In this document: positions 1 through 15,248 of the stretch, piece by piece
Numbering within the stretch: the first letter of the stretch is position 1
How the letters are laid out: each line of letters starts with the position of its first letter
NCBI GenBank assembly: GCA_964016885.1
Contig: OZ024748.1
Span: forward strand, 31,496,001-31,560,000
Origin: Eledone cirrhosa
Lineage: Eukaryota
Length of the DNA: 64,000 nt
Direction: 5' to 3'
The notes under the pieces: generated by a model
Told to the model about the DNA's origin: nothing
Seen by the model: only the letters and a program-made list of their open reading frames with translations
Database searches by the model: none
Translations under genes and position numbers: made by a program

Positions 1-78
<78 letters not shown>

Positions 79-156
79 GTATTTATATATATATATATAT
101 GTATTTATATATATATATATGTATTTATATATATATAAGTATTTATATATATATAT

Positions 157-1434
157 TATATTATATTAAGAGTTATAAACTCAAACAGTTCTTTACAATT
201 AATTAGCTCAAAGAAAGAAGCATTTCTGAGGCGTGATATACAAGTTAATATAAAATTAATATATGATAAACACAAAAGTGTTTGTATTGTAAACGACGAA
301 GTCAGCTAGAATGAAATAAACTAATTCAAATAAATATAGTTTGCCTGTCTCGATTTAAAATAATAAATCAATAAAAACAAACCCATATTGGCAAATAGCC
401 GTGGTACCTGGACAAATTTAAATTTCAAAATCCAAACCTGTTCCGTAGAAAAATCCTAATTTCAAAATCCAAATAAGTTTCGCAACGGTAGTATAAAAAA
501 TGAAATATACCAATTTTCTGTGCTTATCAACGTATACCCAGAAAAATTAGAATGTTTCACCTCTAAAAAATTTTGGAGGTCTGGTTACTAGCGCAACCGC
601 ACGAGGTTTTTGCACGAGGTTTTTCCAGCTCACTAGCTATCCCATATTCATGGGGCTAGAAATAACAGCCGTTTATATGGGATTAAAAATTAGCTCAACA
701 GAAGGAGCAGTAATATTATATTATATTTAGAGTTATAAACTCAAACAGTCCTTTACAATTAATTAGCTCAAAGAAAGAAGCATTTCTGAGGCGTGAAATA
801 CAAGTTAATATAAAATTAATATATGATAAACACAAAAGTGTTTGTATTGTATACGACGAAGTTAGCTAGAATGAAATAAACTAATTCAAATAAATATAGT
901 TTGCCTGTCTCGATTTAAAATAATAAATCAATAAAAACAAACCCATATTGGCAAATAGCCGTGGTACCTGGACAAATTTAAATTTCAAAATCCAAACCTG
1001 TGCCAATATGGGTTTGTTTTTATTGAATATGGGATTGCTAGTGAGCTGCAAAATCCTCGTGCAAAAACCTCGTGCGTTTGCGCTAGTTAACCAGACCACC
1101 AACATTTTTTAGAGGTGAAACATTCTAATTTTTCTGGGTACCTGTTGATAAGCACAGAAAATTTGTATATTTCATTTTTTATACTACCGTTGCGAAACTT
1201 AATTGGATTTTGAAATTAGGATTTTTCTACGGAACAGGTTTGGATTTTGAAATTTAAATTTGTCCAGGTACCACGGCTATTTGCCAATATGGGTTTGTTT
1301 TTATTGATTTATTATTTTAAATCGAGACAGGCAAACTATATTTATTTGAATTAGTTTATTTCATTCTAGCTAACTTTGTCGTTTACAATACAAACACTTT
1401 TGTGTTTATCATATATTAATTTTATATTAACTTG

Positions 1435-1435
<1 letters not shown>
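157..1435. repeat. Unclassified ~560-bp unit: 1.5 direct copies followed by an inverted partial copy, flanked by (TA)n
   Basis: 157-440 recurs at ~717-1000; ~236-650 recurs inverted at ~1024-1435; no credible ORF. Confidence 0.8.
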
Positions 1436-1484
<49 letters not shown>

Positions 1485-1659
1485 TATGTATTTATATATA
1501 TATATATATGTATTTATATATATATATATGTATTTATATATATATATGTATTTATATATATATATGTATTTATATATATATATATATGTATTTATATATG
1601 TATATATATATATGTATATGTATATATATGTATAAATATATATATATATATATATGTAT

Positions 1660-2010
1660 TCAGGTTTGAGGTTCACCACTGTATAGAGCTGGTCTATTCC
1701 GTATGGTCAATCGTAATGCAATAATATAGAGAGTACTCAACGTAAAGCAGTTCAACCGTCTTTGTTTTTGTAGTTGGTGGTGCTATTACGTTAAATATTA
1801 TAATGAAATGACAGGAGGCTGGATTTGTGTAAATCCTTGAAAGGTTTATTATACTATGATCATTTCAATGACCGGGTTCCGTATGAATCCGGTGATATCA
1901 TCAGGTATTCGAAATATAATACGTGAATGTAATAGGTAAAATCCATGGGGCTGAAAATCGAGACCCGAGGGCGACCGCTATTCTGTTCCTTCAACCTCAG
2001 CCGGTCGCCC
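1660..2010 (-). mobile_element. Pseudo-LTR-like fragment (family C) carrying a hammerhead
   Basis: Sequence shared with 5385-5600 (same orientation) and 6517-6720 (inverted); TA-flanked; PLE origin inferred from the minimal hammerhead and geometry. Confidence 0.65.
1851..1908 (-). ncRNA. Type I hammerhead ribozyme (family C)
   Basis: Minus strand: ATAC-CTGATGA-[tatcACCGGATTCatacgGAACCCGGTcatt]-GAAA-TGATCA-TA-GTAT; palindromic helix III, AUA cleavage triplet. Confidence 0.75.
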
Positions 2011-2057
2011 TATTATATATATATGTATATATATATATGTATATACATATATATATG

Positions 2058-2147
<90 letters not shown>

Positions 2148-2250
2148 TATATAGAACGATCGACTTTTGTCAAATCGGACCGAGGGAACAATGTTTCCGT
2201 TGATCTTGCCAATTGCTAATACTATCTATCGGTTGCAACTCCAGGTAGAA

Positions 2251-2358
2251 GGAGCAACGTGAAATAAAGTGTCTTGCTCAAGGACATAACGCATCACCCG
2301 GCCCAGGAATCGAACTCACAACCTTACGATTGCGAATCCAATTCTCTAACCACTCAGC

Positions 2359-2364
<6 letters not shown>
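2251..2364 (-). mobile_element. tRNA-derived SINE 5' part
   Basis: Minus strand A box TGGCTGAGTGG, B box GTTCGATTCC, then the SINE core-like TGTCCTTGAGCAAGACACTT. Confidence 0.8.
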
Positions 2365-2417
<53 letters not shown>

Positions 2418-2454
2418 ATATATATGTATATATATATGTATACATATATGTATA

Positions 2455-3895
2455 ATTGGTTATGCACGAGTGCATTAATGTTTTCCAGGACACAGTGTTA
2501 TGTACCGTGTAGTGGAATGTCAGCTTACAACAGAGTGGTGCTCAACGAAATGCAGAAAAAAGGTGTATATTCCAGTTTAGCTATATTCCGGGGCGTGTAT
2601 AAAGAATTAAAAAGAACAGAAAGATGCAGTAAAAGAGATTTATTCGGTTCTTACGTACGTTTCAATAGACATCTATTTGCCTAGATCTCGCTACATCTAT
2701 AATATTATTTATTTAGTAGAGCATTCGATATCCAATGCACAATCGATCCCATATCATCAGAGATTATGTTTACCGCACCAGAATGTTCAGATTTTTATAG
2801 GAATTCATGTGAAGTTGAAGTAGAGAAGAAGGAGGATGTGACAAAGACGAGAGAGATAGGGGGGTTTTTCATAGTTGTTGAGGTAAAACAGAGGGGAGGA
2901 TAAAATATGATAATGAAGTCTAGATATGGACTAGTCCAACTATGTGTGTGTGCTAGAGAGATGGTAGACGTTGATAGGTTTACGATCTATGATAGATGGA
3001 GGCAAGGGAGATTATGTCGAGTGACTTGTAAAGTATGGAGGAGGGGATGTTGAATAGGGGAGATGTGGTTAATAGAAGGCATAGCAATAATCCATGGGGA
3101 TAGATAGAAGAGGTAGAAGGAAGATAGAGGAAGGCAGCATTCGCAGGATCAAATCAAGCCAGGTTTGTATTTAGAGAAGGTAGCCTTGAGTCTGTGATTG
3201 CAGTATAGAGTCCTTTCCGTTCTGTTGTTGAGAAGAGTATATTTGGATTTTAGTATGTAAAGTAGCTCCATATTGCATAATCGGCAGTAAGGCTGGCCTG
3301 CACGATATGCGGAAGCACTAGAAAGTTTTGTCCATTTCAAAGTGTATTGCAGGTTACTTTCGCGCAACTGCCAAATTGTATTGGCTAAGGTAGTTACGGA
3401 ACGGTATTTGATGTTCTTTATCGAACTACGGTGTTGGTACCAACGAGATTTAAAAGTGGTAGAGGTACAGCCGATATAGTGCCATCTTCGGTTATCCGAT
3501 TCAACGGTGCATTGATACACCAAATTGGATTCCATGCATTTGTTATTCAGAGGGCAACGATCAGGTAGGTTGCAGTTGCACTTATCAGCTCCTGTAGTAT
3601 TATTATCTTGTACAGATTGCGTTAGGTTTATATGTGTGTCTGCTGCAGGAGGGTTTACATTCAGTGGTTGAGAGTTTGAGGAAGTGTTAATGTAGTTTGG
3701 GGTGCTTCGTGTGGATGTGCTGACTAATCGTTTGGAGTTAAGTTTTTTAATAATTAGATCGAGGTTGGGTGCTGTAGAATATGAAAGCTTAATGGACCTT
3801 AGATTTAGTATCTTAGCGTATCGATGTGCAGGAGGAAAATGTGTTTTGATTAAATTGAAGAAAAGTGAGGAAATTTTAGGAGATGTTGAGGCATT
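2455..3895 (-). mobile_element. 5'-truncated PLE (Hydra-clade-like): thumb/linker + GIY-YIG endonuclease + 3' UTR
   Basis: [17 protein letters not shown]-x5-CP, LVYQC...[18 protein letters not shown]; ORF track 3149-3535; same motifs as the 36749-39211 protein. Confidence 0.85.
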
Positions 3896-3896
3896 G

Positions 3897-3929
<33 letters not shown>

Positions 3930-3948
3930 GTATATATATATGTATATA

Positions 3949-3999
<51 letters not shown>

Positions 4000-4054
4000 G
4001 TATATGTATATATATATGTATATATATATGTATATATATATATATATATGTATA

Positions 4055-4103
<49 letters not shown>

Positions 4104-4104
4104 G

Positions 4105-4151
<47 letters not shown>

Positions 4152-4345
4152 GTATATATATATATATATATATATGTTGTATATATATATGTATAAATAT
4201 ATGTATATATATATGTATATATATATATATAATGTATATATATATGTATATATATATGTATATATATATGTATATATATATATATAATGTATATATATAT
4301 GTATATATATATATATATGTATATATATATGTATATATGTATATA

Positions 4346-4424
<79 letters not shown>
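3896..4424. repeat. Interrupted (TA)n microsatellite, representative of dozens of tracts (e.g. 8494-9120, 21886-22256, 27433-27841, 50631-51002, 54874-55487)
   Basis: Direct reading: TA dinucleotide with sporadic TG/CA interruptions. Confidence 0.99.
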
Positions 4425-4427
<3 letters not shown>

Positions 4428-4554
4428 TTGAAATAAAATGAAAACGAAATTTAATTTCTCAATCTTAGTACGGCACTTACTTAAATATAAGTATGTGTGT
4501 ATACGTACATACATATATGTATACAGACGTACAGTAGCATGCATATATATGTAT

Positions 4555-5383
<829 letters not shown>

Positions 5384-5384
5384 T

Positions 5385-6720
5385 AATTATAATGAAATGA
5401 CAGGAGGCTGGATTTGTGTAAATCCTTGAAAGGTTTATTATACTATGATCATTTCAATGACCGGGTTCCGTATGAATCCGGTGATATCATCAGGTATTCG
5501 AAATATAATACGTGAATGTAATAGGTAAAATCCATGGGGCTGAAAATCGAGACCCGAGGGCGACCGCTATTCTGTTCCTTCACCCTCAGCCAGTCGCCCT
5601 GGAGTGACGTGGCTAAATTTTATAGTATGCTACTACCGGTCAGATGAACGAAAACAGAAAGGGATGGGAGCATAAGTTAACGTCGATCTCATGACACAAG
5701 GTAAAAGAAAGAAAGAAAGGAAGGAGAGAGAAGAAGGGGGAAGAAAGAAGAAGAGAAGCCAGGGTTAATGTCAGCTAAAAGAGGAAGGCAACTACTACTG
5801 GTCAGATATAGGCAAGCAAGAGGGGGAAGGAAGATAAGTCTGCGGGAGGAAGACAGGAGGAGGGGAGAAGAGAAGGAAGGGAAGAGAGAAGTAGAAAAGT
5901 AAGGGTTGATGGCTACAAGAAGGAAGATAGAAAGAAAGAGGGAGAAAGGTCGATATTAATGTCAGACCACAGTCAAGCCAGGAGTGGCGCGAGAAAATGT
6001 TCACAGGGACACGCATCTTAGCAGAGGTGAATATATTGGGAGTCAGTGTGTTACAGCGTTTAGACTTTTAGGATGAAGTTAAAAAAATTAATAATCAATA
6101 TTCAATATTAAAGAGGTTAGAAAATTTAAAGTTCAACAGTTTAACATTTAATTATATAATAGTTCCGATTTGTTCTGTAATTTAAAGGTACTATGTGGCG
6201 GTTAAAACACCGGCCGCGCCCCGGGCCCCATGGCGAACTAAGCCACGCCGAGTATGGGAGTTCAGTGTGAGTTATACATGCCCAGAAGTATAGGGTAGCC
6301 ATTTAGTTAATTCAGTGCAGTACAATACAGGTTATGGTCCAGTCCGTGGAGTTTCGTCAAAGTTCGGATATTCTGTGAGGGGAGTAGCAAAGGGCCAGGC
6401 GAAAGCACCGGGTAGCCAAAGTTCGAATTGTGGTTAGATATATTCAGTCCCATGCCGCTGTTGATTATTACATTTTGAAGTGCTCAACATTTCAGGAGCG
6501 TTATTTATTGGCTATAATCATAGTATAATAAACCTTTCAAGGATTTACACAAATCCAGCCTCCTGTCATTTCATTATAATATTTAACTCCGTAATAGCAC
6601 CACCAACTACAAAAACAAAGACGGTTGAACTGCTTTACGTTGAGTACTCTCTATATTATTGCATTACGATTGACCATACGGAATAGACCAGCTCTATACA
6701 GTGGTGAACCTCAAACCTGA
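5385..6720. mobile_element. Family C remnant: pseudo-LTR + purine-rich putative 3' UTR (minus) joined to an inverted pseudo-LTR piece (6517-6720, plus)
   Basis: Homology to 1660-2010; inverted arrangement typical of PLE insertions; no coding remnant seen. Confidence 0.6.
5440..5497 (-). ncRNA. Type I hammerhead ribozyme (family C, copy 2)
   Basis: Identical to 1851-1908. Confidence 0.75.
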
Positions 6721-6748
6721 ATATATAAATATATATATATATATGACA

Positions 6749-8580
<1,832 letters not shown>

Positions 8581-8631
8581 ATATATATATGTATATATAT
8601 ATGTATATATGTATATATATATGTATATATG

Positions 8632-8673
<42 letters not shown>

Positions 8674-8977
8674 CATATATACATATATATGTATATACAT
8701 ATATATATACATATATACATATATATGTATATATGTATATATGTATATATATATTTATATATGTATATATATATGTATATATATATATATACATATATAT
8801 ATACATATATACATATATATGTATATACATATATATGTATATATGTATATATATATATATATGTATATATATATGTATATATATATATGTATATATATAT
8901 ATATGTATATATATGTATATATATATGTATATATACATGTATATATATATGTATATATATATGTATATATATATATG

Positions 8978-10018
<1,041 letters not shown>

Positions 10019-10026
10019 ATTTCATA

Positions 10027-10091
<65 letters not shown>

Positions 10092-10259
10092 TATTAAAAA
10101 AATAATGAATAAACAAAGAAACAGTTCCTTATATTAAACAAAAAAAGTTCATTATTTTACGATCGTTTCTAGGATATATATGTGTTAGAATTGGACGGAT
10201 TGGACACTACCGTAAACTTTTGGTAGATTTATCTACATAAATGTATATATATATATATG

Positions 10260-10335
<76 letters not shown>

Positions 10336-10339
<4 letters not shown>

Positions 10340-11290
10340 TATAATATATAAGATCAAAAGATGGTTAAAAGAGTTCCATGTATTTTATTATGCGCATTTC
10401 ACAAACAAATATCATCATGCAATAACATTTGCGTTTTCGTCAGATAAAATAGGGAGACATGATATGAAGGTTAAAACACACTTGTGAATAGTGCAGTTTT
10501 AAATCAACATATGAAAAGTAGTTTTAGATTGATGTGTGATATTGGGCGGGGGGAGGGGGTTGAAGGGGGTGGGGTGGAAAGGATGAAAAAGAGGAGGAGG
10601 AGTATGAGGAAGGATGAGATAGGAGGAGAGACGGGTGATAGAGAGAGAGAGATAGCTTTTATAACTGAGAAAAATATATTGTTTTACATAGAGAAGTTGA
10701 AAAACCGTTGGAAGATAATATATAAATTAAAAGAATTTGAAAATTAACGAAGAGAAAAATTTAGAATAATGTTAAGTTAAGGTTTGAATATTTAAGGGTT
10801 TAATAATATGTGCGATGAAAAGAAATTGTTAATATGTATTAAGAATAATATTTAAGGGTTTAATAATATGTGCGATGGAAATAAATTGTTGACATGTATT
10901 ATTAAAAAAATATAAAAATATAGCAATAGTAATGTAAGTAAGGATATATTGTGAAAGAAGTAGATGATTGGATGAATAAGTGTAATATGTATAAGTTAGA
11001 TGAGCATGAAAGGGAGAAAAAATAATGAATTGAGGATGAATAATCTAACGTCAAAAAAATGTTTATGTTTACGAAGGATTTTTTCAAGGTGATATAAAGT
11101 AAGAATATATTGTGCTGTGTAATAATTGTTTCTACGTTAGGCACAATGATAATTGAGAAGTATCTAGGAAGAAAAGGTACAGATTAGGGGTTAGAAATTA
11201 AAAGAAAAAGGAAAAAAGAAAAGAAAAAAGAAAAAAAGAAAGAAAGGGAAGTGATAAATAGGAGTGATATAGAATGAGTTACTAGTATTA
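10336..11290 (-). mobile_element. Inverted 3' UTR + pseudo-LTR of PLE A1
   Basis: Reverse complement of ~17775-18790; intact hammerhead at 10381-10451 (-). Confidence 0.9.
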
Positions 11291-11329
11291 ATGTATATAT
11301 ATATGTATATATATATGTATATCTATATG

Positions 11330-11366
<37 letters not shown>

Positions 11367-11479
11367 GTATATATATATGTATATATATGTATATATATAT
11401 ATGTATATATATATATATGTATATATATATGTATATATATGTATATATATATATATATATATATGCATATATATATATG

Positions 11480-11510
<31 letters not shown>

Positions 11511-11512
<2 letters not shown>

Positions 11513-13812
11513 CTTGGGGATTCCATAAGCCTGTAAGATCTTCATCAGGCAGTAACGGTCCACAGAATCAAAGGCCTTCCTAAAGTCAATGAAAACCATG
11601 ACCGCAGGAAGGCACTTTGCTCTAGCTCCCTCTAATATCCTCCTCAGCATCAGGATGTGACTGGTGGTTGATCTACCCTCTCTGAAGCCGTTCTGGTTGT
11701 CCCTGAGCTTCTTCTCCATCTCAGGCTGGATCCTGTTAAGAATCATCCTGTTGAGGGTCTTTGCCACAAGTGACGTCAGTGAGATCCCCCGGTAGTTGTT
11801 GGTGTTAGAGAGATCTCCCTTCTTTGGCACTGGGACGATGTTACTGATCCTCCACTGATTCGGGGCAACTCCTTTCTCCAGTGCCCCGTTACAGAACCCC
11901 AGGATGATATCATCAAAATCACACCTCTTCATCACCTCTGATGCCACTCCATCTTCTCCATGAGCCTTGCCCTCCTTGATCTTCTTCTTGGCTCTCTGAA
12001 GCTCCTCTCTGGTGAAGGGCTCTGTCTCAACATCCAGTTCCTCAAACAGCCGCCTGATCTCCCCAGTGCTCTGGGCTGTGGAGGGTGGCTCTCCTAGTAG
12101 GGTCCTAAAATGGTCTAGCCATTTCCTCTTCCTATCCTCGGGCCCCGTTCCCTGGATCTGACTCGAACACCTTTTCTTCCTCCCTGTGATCTCGTTGATG
12201 ATCATCCAGCTCTCCTTACATCCAGATCTGTCAACCGCTCTCTCCACACTTCTGATCTTCTCTATCAGTGCCTCCTCTCTGACCTCAGTGTAAGCGGTAC
12301 AGAGCTCTTCCCTCATCACCTCCACAGTCTCCATCCTCTCCTCCGTAGGATCAGCATAGAATTGGTCCCTGGCAGCTTTCAGGTGTTCTCTGGCTGCACA
12401 CACTTTTGGGTTTGCAGAGCTGACGTGCTTCCCTTTGTTCTTTTTCCTCGGCACCAGGGTTTCACTTGCTTTCGCCACTGCATTAGTGAAGTGCCCGTAC
12501 CTCCTCGTCACACTCTCCCCAGTCCATCCAATCTCTCTCTCCTCTGACTCTCCACACAGAGCACTAAACCTGTTTCTCACTTCCACTGGGAACCTCTCCT
12601 GTAGCTTATCATCTTCCTTGAAAGCTCCCCAGTCATAGATTGTTCTCCGAGGCTGAGCCTTGCTCTTTCTTAAGCTCACGCGGACCTCACTCATAACAAG
12701 CCGGTGGTCACTACCCAGTGTACTGAAATAGCTGTATGGTTCCGTGTTCAGAACACTATTCCGCCACTTTTTCCTCACCAGAATGAAATCAATCTGGGAC
12801 TTGGACAGGTGCATATCTGAGAAATAGGTCCACATCTTCCCCAGATTCTTCCTAAACCTTAGGTTGGTCGCCATCAAGTTCGCCTCCAGCAGGGTGTCTC
12901 TCAGTAGTCTTCCATTTCGGTTGGTGTTGTTATGGAAGTACCAGCAAGGATCTTCACTGCCCTCCTTACTCAGATGTGCATTGAAGTCCCCCAAAACAAG
13001 CAGGATATTGTGTGCCTGAGTGGTGTTGACAGCTCTACACACCTCCTCATGGAACTCCTCGGCATTCACATCACTGTCCCCCTCGGTTGGACTATAGGCT
13101 GAGATGACTGTCAGTCTTGGGTTTCCATTGAAGGTCACCCTCAACACTCGCGGGGAGATAGGCATTATTTCCCTCACCAACAGATTGGTTTTTGCACTGA
13201 ACACAAAACCCACTCCTCCTACTGCAGCATTTGTTGTGTTCTTCACTGCCGATGTAGTGATGAGCTGGCTCTTCCTCCCGATCATCACACTCCTCACGGG
13301 CTCATCGTGTAGAATCCCGTGTTCTTGGATCGCAAGTATCTGTATACCACTCTCCTCGAACAGATGTCCCAACTCCTCTCTCTTCTCCAGCGTTCGAATA
13401 GTCCTCACATTCAAAGTGCCCATTTTGATGGCTCTTCTGCAGGACAAAACTGCATTCTTTATATTTGTCTCAGAGACAGCTGATCCATCATCCACTGGCC
13501 CTCTCTGTGGCTCTAAGCCAGCAGAGTCATAGCGACCAGGCTGCTCCTTGACAGTGTAATTAGGGGCTCTAACCCTAGTGCTGTCAGATCGACTCTCCAT
13601 ATTTCTTTTCAATGGCTGACAATACCTTACCGGCGCCACTCGAATAAGGTAGTTATTTAACCCATAAATGGAGCCCTAACAAGTACTACCACCCCGGGCC
13701 AGGGCAGACCTGGGAGTCATGACAACTAAGGGGTAACTCCACATTCCCCACATCTCCTGAACTCCCGAACTGGAGCCTTGCCACTGGTTGTAGTTTAATG
13801 TCATATCCAGGA
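11511..13812 (-). mobile_element. RTE-type LINE, inverted 5' half: 5' UTR, APE endonuclease, N-terminal RT
   Basis: [30 protein letters not shown]; then [32 protein letters not shown]; ORF track 11288-13639 runs into TA after YGIPK. Confidence 0.93.
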
Positions 13813-14850
13813 TATGGAATCCCCAAGAAGATAGTGGACCTGATATCACTGCTCTACACCAACACCAAAGCCCAAGTCATTACACCTGATGGGATGACAG
13901 AGTTCTTTGAGATACTGGCTGGAGTGCTCCAGGGAGATACATTGGCTCCCTACCTTTTTGTCATCGTAGTGGACTATTGTATGCGCCTTGCACTGGAGAA
14001 ACACCAGGACACTGGCTTTACTGTGGCACCGGCTCAGAGCAGGAGAGTTGGGGCGAAAAAGGTATCGGATGCTGAATTTGCCGACGACATAGTTTTGGTG
14101 ACAAATACAGTGAAGGAGGCAGAGGATTTGATGCGGGAGGTTGAGACTGTGTCGATGAGTGTGGGGCTGAGAATGAATGAGACTAAAACAAAATATCTGG
14201 TAGAGAATGTTGAGAAGCCAGAGGGGATCACTAATGTAGGCGGGAAGCCGCTGGAATTGGTTGAGGACTTCCTGTATTTGGGAGCAAAGATTGGGAATAC
14301 GGAAGATGATGTGGTTGAGAGGAAGAGCAAGGCCTGGGCGGCGTGTCACAGCTTGAGATCGGTGTGGAAGTCGGACCTTCGTAGAGACCTGAAAATCCGC
14401 CTCTTCATTGCTATAGTGGAGTCTGTGCTGCTGTATGGGTCTGAGACTTGGATACTGACCAAGAGACTCACTCAGATGGTGGATGGGTGCTACACGAGAA
14501 TGCTGAGGATGGCTCTGAACATTGATCAGTATACACTGAGGATGAAAAACTCAGAGCTGTATGAGAGCATCCCAAAAGTCAGCTCAAAAGTGACACAGAG
14601 GAGACTGAGGTTGGCTGGGCATGCTCACCGACATCCAGAGTTGACATTGCACTCAGTGCTCCTTTGGGAGCCCCTACATGGACACACTAGAAGAGGAAGA
14701 CCAAGGTTAACATATGTTGATGCCCTAAGGACAGACACTGGTCTGTTGGAGATGCAGGATATGGCAGCGATAATGAGGGACAGAGACCGCTGGAGAGAAC
14801 TCGTCCATGGATCTCGGGAATTTTACCCGCCTTAGATAGATAGATAGATA
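13813..14850 (+). mobile_element. RTE-type LINE, 3' half of the same element, with (TAGA)n tail
   Basis: Resumes at YGIPKK; GVLQGDTLAP, FADDI, FLYLG, LLYGSETW, LRLAGH, GRPR; stop at 14835 then TAGA repeats. Confidence 0.93.
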
Positions 14851-15248
14851 TATATATATATATGTATATATATATGTATATATATATATATATATATAAA
14901 ACTACTTTTCATATGTTGATTTAAAACTGCACTATTCACAAGTGTGTTTTAACCTTCATATCATGTCTCCCTATTTTATCTGACGAAAACGCAAATGTTA
15001 TTGCATGATGATATTTGTTTTTAAAATGCGCATAATAAAATACATGGAACTCTTTTAACCATCTTTTGATCTTATATATTATTTATACTCCAGTCCTACA
15101 AACAGTAGAGTGCTACTTATCCGATATCTGCATTGCTTTATTGTACTACAATAAAACTCACCTCCTACATTAACTTGCTCTTTAACGGTTGAGCGCTAAC
15201 TCTCATATTGGATACCTTTTGATGGTCCTTTACCTTTTCTTCTACAAC

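Noticed and set aside
2290-2364. Functional tRNA gene
   Set aside because: A and B boxes present but the cloverleaf stems are degenerate and it runs into a SINE core
2460-2535. Possible hammerhead in the 3' region of the first PLE fragment
   Set aside because: Minus strand has CTGACA and a hairpin before GAAA, but the core is non-canonical and helix I is absent
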